From assembly GCF_009914755.1 (NCBI RefSeq), contig NC_060933.1: a stretch of 64,000 nucleotides of DNA; one strand, given 5' to 3'. The notes below the pieces were generated by a model. It did not search any database. It was given only the letters and a program-made list of their open reading frames with translations, and was not told where the DNA came from. The position numbers were made by a program, and so were the translations under genes. Numbering within the stretch: position 1 is the stretch's first letter; every line of letters starts with the position of its first letter. The stretch comes from the human T2T-CHM13v2.0 reference genome, Homo sapiens. Of this stretch, positions 11,900 to 25,050 are shown in pieces.

Positions 11900-12070
11900 C
11901 TTAATGGCTGTTGATTAGCCATAGAGCCCTAGGCAAATTGGGAAAGCCTCTAAGTCTCAGTTTTCTCTACTGTAAAATGGGGATAACAGTATCTACTATA
12001 GAGAGGTCTTCTGTAAGGATTTGGAAATAATGCTTTTCAACCCTCTACTTAGCACAGTTATTGACATATA
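11900..12070 (+). mobile_element. MIR fragment
   Basis: GCCTCTAAGTCTCAGTTTTCTCTACTGTAAAATGGGGATAACAG is MIR core-like. Confidence 0.65.
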
Positions 12071-12807
12071 AATAATACGTGTGACCTATAAGAGTAATAA
12101 TAATTTTCTAATAAAATCACAAAACACTTTGATATATACTTATGATATAAATCACAAATAAATAAGATATATATTTGATATGTATCTTATTAAGGTAATA
12201 AGACACTGACCTAAGGATAATGAGATAATAAACGCCTTTATTTCTCTCTTCACTTAATTTTTTTCATTAACATACTGTTGCTTTTGTAATAAAAACACGT
12301 TAAAAAAGAATATCTCAAGCCAGTATTTATATTCAACATCATATTCAACATCATCCTTAAGAGCAAAACCTTCTCAATGAGGTAAGAAACAAGACTTGGA
12401 TGCAGGTCTCTGCCACATTTCAATGCAAAAAGGCAGGAAATAAACTAATTATGGTTATTGGGAAAGAGAGGTGAAAGATGGAATTGTCTTCCTAGACTTT
12501 TCCAACAGAAAAATGGCCCCTTTTAGGTAAAGTGGCCTGAATACACAATAAATATACAAAATCGAGATTGCTTCCCCAGATACCAGTTGGTGCCTGTTAG
12601 TGAGATTGCAGAGGGTGGGGGTGGGCTGGTGATGGCTACCAGGAGAGGTGGGTGGATAGGGGACCGAAAATCTGGACAACCCAGTGAGGGTGCACACACA
12701 GTCTGGATGGTCACTAGACCCCTGGCCAAGGTGGAAAGCCTGTCTCCAGTGCACACCCCACAATGCTTCAAGACCCTGATCTTATTATCTGGTGAATATT
12801 GGAATTA

Positions 12808-13131
12808 TGCTATACAACAGTTTACTTAATTTGTATTAAAACATTCATGTTATGTATTCAACGTAAGTGTTCAGAATTTATGGGGTTTTTTTATAACTCT
12901 CTTAGCATTTCTTTATTTTTATATATCCTTAAAACATCCAGAAAACAAATTAGTCGAAGATTCCTGTCCTCTGAGAGGCCCAGCCAGTCAGAAACAGAAA
13001 CAGTCACTTCCCCAGGGGATGGTAGTCTGACTTTGGCCATGCCCTTCCCGCCTGCCACTGGTACAGTGGATACGAGGGGACCAGAGAAGCCACTCACCTG
13101 AGGTGCAGGGTCCCTGAGGAAGCCTGCAGTG
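12808..13131 (+). repeat. Inverted duplication A, left arm (source)
   Basis: Reverse complement of 13970-14286; ORFs 12799..13101(+) and 14000..14233(-) translate almost identically. Confidence 0.95.
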
Positions 13132-13242
13132 GAGTCCCTGGGGGCCCACACTTGGTAGTGTCCAGTCTTTGCTGATGCGTGAAGTTTGGCTTCATGCCCA
13201 TCATGGACTGACAGGAGGGAGTTCAAACTATGGAGTCAGTAG

Positions 13243-13606
<364 letters not shown>

Positions 13607-13969
13607 TACTTTTATTTTTTAAAATATTCCTAGATATGACCCTCAGTGATAAAAATAACAAATGCGTGTGCTAAAGAATACATTTTTAAAACAGTAAACC
13701 TTGGCTCTCATGCAAATATAAAATGAACATATATTTAGTATTTTCAACACATTAATTGATGAGGGAACCAGTCAGTTGTCGAAACCAATTCAAAGGAGAA
13801 TTCAAAAAACCACTCTTACATAGGCAATCACAATTGTTGAAACAAATTTACAAATAGATGCAAAATTGGTCTCTCTTCAGGGCAATAATCAAGTGCATTC
13901 CACCAAATACCACGTATTTGCATTTCTTTAATTTTTTTTATTTTAGATAAAGAAAACGTGGCACATATA

Positions 13970-14286
13970 CACTGCAGGCTTCCTCAGGGATCCTGCACCT
14001 CAGGTGAGTGGCTCCTCTGGTCCCCTCGTATCCACTGTACCAGTGGCAGGCAAGAAGGGCATGGCCAAAGTCAGACTACCATCCCCTGGGGAAGAGACTG
14101 TTTCTGTTTCTGACTGGCTGGGCCTCTCAGAGGACAGGAATCTTCGACTAATTTGTTTTCTGGATGTTTTAAGGATATATAAAAATAAAGAAATGCTAAC
14201 AGAGTTATAAAAATAACCATAAATTCTGAACACTTACGTTGAATACATACATGAATGTTTTAATACAAATTAACTGTTGTATAGCA
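13970..14286 (-). repeat. Inverted duplication A, right arm (inserted into an L1 3' fragment)
   Basis: ~96% identical to the left arm; flanks GATAAAGAAAACGTGGCACATATAC and TACACAATGGAATATTATTCAGCC are contiguous L1 sequence. Confidence 0.93.
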
Positions 14287-14457
14287 AGGTACACAATGGA
14301 ATATTATTCAGCCAGAAAAAAAAGAATAGAATCCTGTTGTTTGCATTCCTATGGATGAGAATCACACGCACCATGATCAGCTTTTCATGACTTAACGGAG
14401 TTAAAAAGCAGCTCAAAGACAATGAAAGGCAAGTAGTGGATGTAGGACATCCAGTAA

Positions 14458-14772
<315 letters not shown>

Positions 14773-15103
14773 CCTCCTAGTTTAAAGACTTTCACACATT
14801 TTTCTGCTTACAAAAAACCCTCAGAAATATATACAGTTAAAAGGGATTTCCTCACCTACAAATTCCCCCCTGTAGATATATACTGTTAACTGTTTATCAA
14901 GGTTTCTGACAGGCTTGATTCCTGCACACACAAAGTGATACTTTAAAGACAAAAATAGAATCACACTACACACAGATCAATAGTTGCTTTTTTTCACTTG
15001 GCAGTATATCATGAACATAACACTACAGATATAATTCTTTTTTGTGTGTTACTTTATTATTTTATTTTTAACCATTATACTTGCACATGGTCTAAAAATT
15101 TAA

Positions 15104-15415
<312 letters not shown>

Positions 15416-15419
15416 TAGA

Positions 15420-16730
15420 AGTTTTTAAAAAGCCTTTTGCTTTGGAAATCATTTCTGACTTACAGCTAAGTTGCTAAAATCAATGGTACCAGGAATACCG
15501 TGTGCCTTTTACCTGTAATCTATTAATATTTTTACCCCCTTAGCTTTATCATTCTCAGTCTCCCTCTTTCCGCACACACATGCACACACATACACACACA
15601 ATTTATTTTCTGAACTGCCTGAAGTTAAGTTACATACATCATAGCCCTTTATCTAACCTAAACACTTCAGTAGTATATTTTCACTAAGATTAGGAATATT
15701 CTCTTACATAATCAACTTCAGTCAATTTAACATTGGTATACATTTTTATCTACTCTCAACATTCACATTCCAATTTTCTGAGTCGAACCAATAATGTCCT
15801 TTTTCAGTAATTTTCCCCTGTAGTACAGGAGGCAGCCTAGGGGCAGGGGCTGCAGTTAGCTGTCATATCTCTTTAGCCTCTTTTAATCTGGAACATTTTC
15901 ATAGCCTTTTGTGATCTTTTATGGCATTGACATTTGAGAAGAATACGACCAAGCACACCCACCTTTTTCAAAAATAGAAAAGCATTTGTCTGATGTTTCC
16001 TTGGGACTAGTTTTTGGTTCTTCATTCTTAGCCAAAATCCTGCATAGAGCGTATTGAGTCCTTCTCAGAGGAGCACATCTGGAGGCACAAGACAGCCATC
16101 TGTCCTTCCTTGGTGATGTTAATTTTGATCACTCGATCAAGGCGTTGTCCAATTTCTTCACTGTATAATTACTGGAGTTTTTTGATCTTCTTTGCAACTA
16201 ATAAGCAGTCTGTGGGGAGACACTTTGAGACCATGAAAACATTCTGTTCCTCATCAGAATGTTCCCCTAGATTTAGCAACCATGAATGATTCTTAATTGA
16301 TCCCATCTTTACTAGGATAGTTGCAAAAGATGATTTTCCAACTCTAACAATCTCTCCACTTCGCCGGTTGACTCTCAGAATTCTCTCGTCAGCATAGGTC
16401 CTCCTTCTCCCCCACATATTGATAAATCTATTTACTATTGGTATAGATTCAGAAATTTCCATTTTTAAGGGTTTATATTTCATTACTTTATTATTTTGGT
16501 GCTCAAATAGTCCTAGATTTTGCCACCGGCAGCCCCTTTAAGCTGCTGACATTTCCCCCAAAAGTGCTTTTGATCATTCCTTATTTTCTGGTGTAACAAA
16601 ACGTCCCAGGCTCACAATGTACCTACCCTGCCCAAGCTCTCAAATTAGTCATTTCTCCGAGAAACCCTGGGTAATGGTATTAAGAACCAAGATCTGCGAG
16701 CTAGTAGAATGGCTTTTCTTCTTGACCTTG
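15420..16730 (-). mobile_element. Old L1M (L1MC/ME-type) 3' region
   Basis: Motifs such as TTTCTGACTTACAG...AAGTTGC and ATTTCTCCGAGAAACCCTGG are typical of old L1M 3' ends; highly diverged. Confidence 0.55.
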
Positions 16731-17633
16731 TCAGCAGACAGAACTAGGAAATAAATACATATATGTGCATATACACATCCACGTGCACACAAAAGTGCAT
16801 ATACACATTCTACAAATCATGGGTTTGCATCTGTACCTCCAATTCCATGGAATCTGAAGTTTAACAGGCACCCCCGGGAAGCAAGCTCCTGCATCAGGCA
16901 AATCAGGAAGAACCTGCAAATGCTCATCAGAGGAGAAAGCAACCCACAGGAGGGAGAGGTGGGGCTGCTCCCTGCTCCCTGCACCGAGCAGGGCACCCTA
17001 CAGGAATAGATGAGCCCGCTAACCTGCAACACAGGGCAATGGTGAGTCTTGCTTTGCTCCCCATCAGAGCATGTCGGAGATGCAGAACCCTCTTAATGGG
17101 TCTTAAATAAATGCTGGAGTGGTTCAAGTGATGTTTCCTCAATAAACAGGAGTGTGCTGCTAGGAGAAAGGAACGGGCTGAAAACAAGAACTTGGAAGGA
17201 AAGAATGTCATTGCTGATGGTGGACAACAGAATGTGTGTGCTGAAAAGTCAAATCAGTGATCCATTCTAGAACATCGGCTTGAAGCATCCAAGAATAAGG
17301 CAAAAGAGAAATAATTGGAAATTAAAGGGACAATAAATAAATGGGAATATCTCATTCATGGTAATAATTCAAGAAAAGCAAATAAAAATAACAAATATCT
17401 ATATTTTTTGGTCCAGGAATGTTTAGGTAATAGAAACACAAAAGGAATCAACCTAAATAGAGAAAAATATATGAGATTTGTTAAAGAACATATAGGGGCT
17501 GGGGTTCCCTCTGCCACTGCATGTCACATTGCATCGCAAACTTTTTTTGGGGGTGGTGGGTATCCATCACTTCAAGCATTTCTCACTTATTTGTGTTACA
17601 AACATTCCAATTATACTCTTTTAGTTTAGGGTC

Positions 17634-17950
17634 TTTTGTTTTGTTTTGTTTTGTTTTGTTTTGTTTTGTTTTAAGACGGAATCCTGCTCTGTCACCCAGG
17701 AGTGCAGTGGCGCAATCTCGGTTCACTGCAGCTTTTGCCTCCCAGCTTCCAGAGATTCTTCTGCCTCAGCCTCCTGAGTAGCTAGGAGTACAGGCACATG
17801 CCACCACGCCCGGCTAATTTTAGTATTTTTAGTAGAGACAGGGTTTCACCATGTTGGCCAGGCTGATCTCGAACTCCTGACCTCAGGTGATCCATCTACC
17901 TCGGCCTCCCCAAGTGCTAGGATTACAGGTGTGAGCCACTGCACCAGGCC
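17634..17950 (-). mobile_element. AluS with (TTTTG)n tail inserted in L1
   Basis: Reverse dimer with a pentanucleotide tail at 17634-17672. Confidence 0.93.
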
Positions 17951-17975
17951 TAGTTATTTTTAAATGTACAAAAAG

Positions 17976-18253
17976 TTACTGTCAACTGTGGTCACCCTGT
18001 TACGCTATCAAATATTAGGTCTTATTCATTCTTTCTAACTATATTTTTGTACCCATTAATTATCCCCACTTGCCCCGTCCACCCTCACCCTCAACACCCT
18101 TCCCAGCCTCTGCTAATCGTCATTCTACTTTTTATCTTCATGAGTTCAACTGTTTTAACTCTTAGCTCCCACAAATGAGTGAGAACATGCAAAGTTTGTC
18201 TTTCCGTGCCTGGCTTATTTCATTTAACATAATGACCTCCAGTTCCATCAATG
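17976..18253 (+). repeat. Inverted duplication B, left arm (source, within the minus-strand L1)
   Basis: Reverse complement of 19913-20190 with 8 mismatches in 278 bp. Confidence 0.95.
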
Positions 18254-19519
18254 TTGTTGCAAATGACAGGATCTCATTCTTTTTTATGGCTGAATAGTAT
18301 TCCATTGTGTGTATGTACCACATTTTCTTTATCCATTCATCTGCTGATGGGCACTTAGATTGATTCCAAATCCTGGCTATTGTGAATAGCCATGTTGCAA
18401 TAAACATGGGAGGGCAGATATTGCTTTGATATACCTGTTTCCTTTCTTTTGGGTACGTACCCAGCAGTGGGATTGCTGCATCGTATGATAGTTCTACTTT
18501 TAGCTTTCTGAGGACCCTCCTTACTGTTCTCCATACTGGTTGTACTAATTTACATTCCTACCAACAGTGTATGAGGGTTCCCTTTTCTCTCCACATCCTT
18601 GCCAGCATTTGTTATTTCCTGTCTTTTGGATGAAGGCCATTTAAACTGGGGTGAGATTATATATCATTGCAGTTTTGATTTGTATTTCTCTGATGGTATT
18701 TTATTTGATTTGTAGCCATTGTAAATCGGATTACTGGTGGTATTTTCTTTGATTTGTAGCTGTTGTAAATGGGATTGCTTTCTTGATTTCTTTATGAGGC
18801 TGTTCTGTTGACATACAGAAATGCTACTTATTTTTGTATGTTGATTTTGTATCCTGCAATGTTACTGAATTTGTTTATCAGTTCTAATAGTTTTTTGAAC
18901 TGCTTAGTTTTTTTCAAATATACAATCATATAATCTGTAAACAAGGATAATGTGACTTTTTCCTTTCCAGTTTGGATGCTCTTTATTTCTTTCTCTTGTC
19001 TTATTGCTCTGGCTAGGATTTCCAGTGCTATGTTGAATAACAATGGTGACAGTGGACATCCTTGTCTTGTTCCAGATCTTACAGGAAAGGCTTTCAGTTT
19101 TTCCTCATTCAGTATGATACTAGCTGTGGGTCTGTCATATATGACTTCTATTGTGTTGGAGTATGTTCCCAGTTTTTTGAGAGTTTTTATCATGAAAGGA
19201 TGTTGAATTTATTAAATGATTTCTCAGCATCAATTGAAATGATTATATGGTTTTTGTCCTTCATTCTGAAGATACAATATATTACATTGATTTACATATG
19301 TTGAACCATCCTTATATTCCTGGGATTGTAAATGTAGATTTATTTATGCTCTCTGTTATTAGGCTGTGGGGCTCAAATTTTATTCAACCTAGTATAATTA
19401 TCACCTAACATGATGCTTGGCCTGTGGTAAGCTCAATAAAGGAAAGGCCATATTTCTTAACCACAGAGCAATGAAAGTGGGAATTAATAACAAGAGCTTA
19501 CCTGCTGCTTAGAAATCTC

Positions 19520-20388
19520 ATCAACAGATGAATGGATAAGGAAAATATGGTGTGTGTATATATATATACACACACACACACACATATATACATATACATA
19601 TATACAATGGAACACCATTCGGCCATAAAAAAATGAAATCCTATAATTTTTGGCAACACAGATGAACCTGGAGGAAGTTACATTAAGTGAAATAAACCAG
19701 GCACAGAAAGACAAATAGTAGTAATGTGTGTTCTCACTCATATGTGGAAGCTAAATAAATTGATATCATAGAGATAGAAAGTTGAATAGTGGTAACCAGA
19801 GCCTGGGCAGGGGAGGAGGAAGGGAGGATAGGGAGAGGATGGTTGACAAATACAAAATTACAGCTAGATAGGAGGAATGAGTTCTAGTGCTCACTGTAGG
19901 GTGACTGGATGTCATGGATGGAACTGGAGGTCATTATGCTAGATGAAATAAGCCAGGCACGGAAAGACAAACTTTGCATGTTCTCACTCATTTGTGGGAG
20001 CTAAGAGTTAAAACAGTTGAACTCATGAAGATAAAAAGTAGAATGACGGTTACCAGAGGCTGGGAAGGGTGTTGAGGGTGAGGGTGGACGGGGCAAGTGG
20101 GGATAATTAATGGGTACAAAAATATAGTTAGAAAGAATGAATAAGGCCTAATATTTGATAGCATAACAGGGTGACCACAGTCGACAGTAATTTATATAGT
20201 TAACAAGTATTTATTCTATATTTTCAAATAGCTAGAAGAGAGGATTTTGTGTGCTCCCAACACAAAGAAATGATAAACGTTGGAGATGATGGCTGTGTAA
20301 ATTTCCCTGATTTGATTATTACATTATACACCTGTGGAAATATCAGACTGTATAAATATTATTAATTATTGTGTCAATTAGAAATAAA
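19520..20388 (+). mobile_element. 5'-truncated L1MA 3' end flanked by a ~22-bp direct repeat
   Basis: CAACAGATGAATGGATAAGGAAAATATGG...GTCAATTAGAAATAAA; AGCTTACCTGCTGCTT(A/G)GAAAT at 19495-19516 and 20477-20498. Confidence 0.85.
19913..20190 (-). repeat. Inverted duplication B, right arm (inserted into the second L1)
   Basis: Host L1 reads ...CTGTAGGGTGACT | insert | ATAGTTAACAA..., which is contiguous in L1MA consensus. Confidence 0.92.
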
Positions 20389-20504
20389 GAGAAAAGATGA
20401 GAGGCCAAAAGTAGATTGAATTATATATAAAATTGTAATAGAATAAAATAAGCATAAAAAGCTTTGCATTGAAAAAAGCTTACCTGCTGCTTGGAAATTC
20501 AAAA

Positions 20505-21385
20505 TGCATGTAGAAATGTGTGTGGATGTATGTGCATGTGTATGAGTATATGTGTGTGTGTGGGTGTTTATGTGTGTGGATGTGTGTGTGTGGATTTGTG
20601 TGTATATACATATGAGTGTATGTGTGTACATGTGTGAGGGGGGATGTGTGTGTGGATGTGTATATGTGGATGTGTGAGGGTTTCTGTGTGTGGGGATGTG
20701 TGTGCATATGTGGATGCGCATGTGCTGTATGTGTGTGTGCTTGTGTGTGGGTGTTTGTGTGGATGTGTGTATATGTGTATGTGTGTGCTCTTTGTGTGTG
20801 TGGGTGTGTGGATATCAGTGTCCATGTGGATTGTGTGTGTGTGTGGATGTGTATGTGGATGTGTGTGTTTGTGTGTGTAGGTGTACTTGTGTGTGGGTGT
20901 TTAGGTGTGTGTGTGCTCTGTGTGTGTGGGGGTATATGTGTATGAATGAATTGTGGATGTGTGTGAGAGTGTGTGTATATGTGGATGTGTGTGCTTGTGT
21001 GTGTGCTTGTGTGTGGGTGTTTGTGTGGATGTGTGTATATGTGGATGTGTGTGTGTGTGCTTTGTGTGTGTATGTTTGTATGGGTATGTGGATGTGGATA
21101 TGTGTATAAATGTATAGGTGGATGTGTGTGAGGGTGTGTGTGTGGATGTGTGTGAGGGTGTGTGTGTGGATGTGTGTATATGTGTATGTGTGTACTCTTT
21201 GTGTGTATGCTTGTGTGTGGGTGTGTGGATGTGAGTGTACGTGTGGATGTGTGTGAGGGTGTGTGTGTGGATATGTGTGTGGATGTGTGCTTGTGTGGGG
21301 GTGTTTGTGTGTGTGTATATGTGCCTGAGTGTATGTGCGGATATGTGTGAGGGGGTATGTGTATGGATGTGTGTGTGAATGTGTA
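20505..21385. repeat. Long degenerate (TG)n/(GTGGAT) low-complexity repeat
   Basis: Direct inspection. Confidence 0.95.
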
Positions 21386-22388
21386 TCAGGTATGCTAGCT
21401 GTGATTAAGGTGTTGTGAGTTGGTGTGGGAAGGCATAGCCTCTACCTTGGGATGCGAGTGGGTATGTACGGATGTGTTTCTGCATGTGGTTCTGTCAAGG
21501 TGTGGTTTGTATACCAGCGTGGGCATCTGTCCCATTTAAGTTTGTGAAGAGGCGTGGTAGGTGTGGTGTGTCACCCGCAGTAGGCAGAAGCCAAGGCCTG
21601 TGTCTTCCAGGAGGTGCGGCAGAGTCAGCTGGCTGCAATGTGGCCAGGCTGTGGGCTTCCGGGGTTGAGTCCCTCCTGGCTGGCCCATCTATAGCCCTGC
21701 CATAGCAGGGGGCAGCGTGGTGGGGCAAGGGACAGGGGACGGGAGGACAGGGGCAGGGTGGCAGGGAGACACAGGGCAGACGACAGGGGTAGAGGCTGGA
21801 AGACAGTACAATGACTTGAGACCATCTCTGCAAATTGCACCAAAGTACAGCCCACAGCACCGGGCACCTCTCAAGCTGCAGCAGGGAGTAAGCTCAAGAT
21901 CCTCCCACTCCTGTCTCCCTGGAGGTTTGAGAAAATAGTCCTGGCAAGGGGAGGGGGCAACATGTTCATTATAGGAAATAAGCAGCACAATTGCATTCTG
22001 AGAAATCCGCACAGATTTCAGAGCAGCACGGGGGCTCGCGGGCTCTGCGGGCCGTGGAATTCAATATGATATGCTTCAGCCTGTCAGCTAATGGCCTGCG
22101 GCTGGACGCCACGTGACCCAGCCTTCCTGGGGACGTTAAACGATGCTGAAAAGTGGCCCAGATTTATTTATTGGGACAGCGCTCCTGCCTGTGGGTTTGT
22201 GGGGTAATGACAAGTTATGAAAACAGGTGTGCGTGAGCAAGGGCGGAGGAGCCGGGGATTCCACACTACCCCAGAGCCTCCCTCCTGGCCCTACTGCTGA
22301 GTCTGCTGTGCACTGGGAACATGATGTCCCACCTGGGCGACTCACCTCCCCCTACCCCACCCACAGCATCAGTTTCCCCATCTGTTAA

Positions 22389-22434
22389 ATCCATCCATCC
22401 ATCCATCCATCCATCCATCCATCCATCCATCCAT
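22389..22434. repeat. (CCAT)n microsatellite
   Basis: About 11 units. Confidence 0.95.
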
Positions 22435-24190
22435 TATTCCCTCTCACCTGTCATTCATTCATTCCCAGAACACTCCACCTTTTGTGTGCTGAGCCATGTT
22501 CTAGATGCACTGATGCAGCTTCCAACACAAATGACTAGGCTCTGCCCTCAGGGAGTTTCAATCCAGCAGGGAGGTGAGATGGCAATTGAACAGCCACTGT
22601 GAGAAGTGCTGTCAACCTGGCCTGCTTAAAACCCCTTGAGTGTGTGCCCTTCATCTCCAGGGCCATGCCAAGTTGGAGCTGCCAGCCCTCCCGCCTGGAG
22701 CCCTGCACCCACTCCCAGCCCACCCCTCCATGTCCTCGCTTGCCCCATCCAAATTGTAAGCTTGGTTACCTTTAAAAACACAAACCCAATAGTGTCATCT
22801 TCTGTGCACTCTCCAATGGCAAAGAGAAAATTTGCAACGGGGCCTGTGGGGCCTGGCTCTTCTCCTGCCAGCCTCCCCCTGCCCCAGGTCCTGGCCCTTC
22901 CCTCTGCTGGTAGTTGAGCCCTGCCTGTCCATCAGCAAGTTTCCCTGGCCCTTTGGCTCTGGGCAGGCAGGGGCCACATCTGGTTGTGCCCACACCAGGG
23001 TCCTGGGGCCCTGAGCCCCTGGGAGATCCTGATGGCAGAGGTGTTGGTGCCCACCAAGGTCCTCCTAGGATGCCCCTCTGTGAGGGGTCAGGGGCGGGCA
23101 GGGAACCTGCTCTCTGGAAAGGCCTCAATTGATAATCTGAAAAGCGCGCTAGACCTTCCAAATAAAAAGGTCTCCACTGCAGACTCGAGAGGCGTGCCAT
23201 AATTACCTGGGAAGGGCAGGTCAGCTGCATTTTTTCAAATTTGCATTTTACAAAGTGTTTAATGGATATTTATATGAAAGAGCAGCCTATTGGGTAAATG
23301 CGTGACTTTAAATTAGGCTGAGGCCTTCCCCGCTCTGCTGTGCTGGCTGAGCTCGGCCATCAGTGGGGCCTTCGGTCCCTCCCTCCCTTATTCCTCCTAC
23401 ATGCAGGTCCTGAGGGCCCCTTCTGCGCCAGGCCCTGGCTGGGGTGGGATCCAGATATGAGGGGGCACAGCCCTTTCTGGGGTGTGCCTGGTAGAGAGTC
23501 ACCATGAAGTGGCTTAAAGAGACACACCAAGGGGTGGGGGAACCACTTGCAAGAGCGGAGGTGGTGTACACCAACAAGCCCACATGGGGAGGGGCATTAC
23601 GGGCAGAAGAAGGACCCGGATGCAGTGCTGGCCAGATGACAGAGCAAGGGGCATCTGGGGAGTGGCGAAAAGAGAGAGGAGCCATGAAGGAGTTCACAAG
23701 AGCTGGGCAGGGCTGCCTGGTGGGTCCCTGTAGGGGCGCAACTCAGGTTATCCGTGTGTCCCTGTCCTCTGTGCAGAGTGCAGCCTTCACGGCTGCATGT
23801 GGTGGTCCTGTTGGTTGGGGAGGGAGGTTGGTCTTGTTGGTGGGGGAGGGAGGAGGCTGGGCCCCAAATGGAAAAGACCCCCCAAACCAGGTGAGGAGTC
23901 GAGCTGAACCCCGGTGACGGGAAGCTGTTTTCTATCTGTATGGGGGTGACACGATCAGTTTGGCATCCCAGAAAGGCTACTCTGGCAGCCTGTGGAGAAC
24001 GGGCTGCAGGTGGAGAGACAGTTGGCCACCAGAAAATGGCCCATGTAGAATACATGTTTTTAAAAACGATGGCAAAAGGCTAATTCTTTTCATCTGCAAA
24101 GATGCTACAAATCAACAAGAAAAGGACCAGTAGAAGAATGGGTGAAGAAAGAGGCTCAACTGCATTCATAATATAAGAAATGAAAATTCA

Positions 24191-24540
<350 letters not shown>

Positions 24541-24918
24541 TTATCAACAGGTAAAAGTTGGCATTTTCACAATACGCTGTGCTGGGGAGGGCGAGAATCA
24601 CAGAGCACTGGCCCTCTCACACATCTGGTGGGGCCAAAAGGTGGTGCAACTTATTTGGAGTGCAATATAACAGCAATATTGATTGCAACTTTAAATACAT
24701 GCACCCTTTGACCCATTGATTCCAGTTCTAGTACACATTGTACATGCACATAAATGCATGTACCAGGAAGAGTCCTTGCAACACTTTTTTTGTAATAACA
24801 GAAAACTAGAAACAATCTAAATGTTACTTAACTGGGGACCAATTAACTACAATATTATACATAACTAGAGTACATCGTATAATGGCATGCCATGACATCA
24901 TTATAAAATGGAGACCCT

Positions 24919-25050
24919 GGCCAGGCGCGGTGGCTTACGCCTGTAATCTCAGTACCTTGGGAGGCCAGGGCAGGAGGATTGCTTGAGCCCAGGAGTTCGA
25001 GAACAGCCTGGGCAATATGGTGAGACCCCGTCTCAATTTTTAAAAGATAA
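24919..25050 (+). mobile_element. Alu monomer (FLAM-like)
   Basis: Left-monomer-only Alu sequence. Confidence 0.85.

Larger units (their letters stand above)
17540..19325 (-). mobile_element. L1MA-type element: 3' UTR plus ORF2 RT fragment, internally deleted, interrupted by an Alu
   Basis: ORF2 peptide [31 protein letters not shown] (18828..19193) and C-terminal WIKKMWYIHTMEYYSAIK. Confidence 0.9.
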
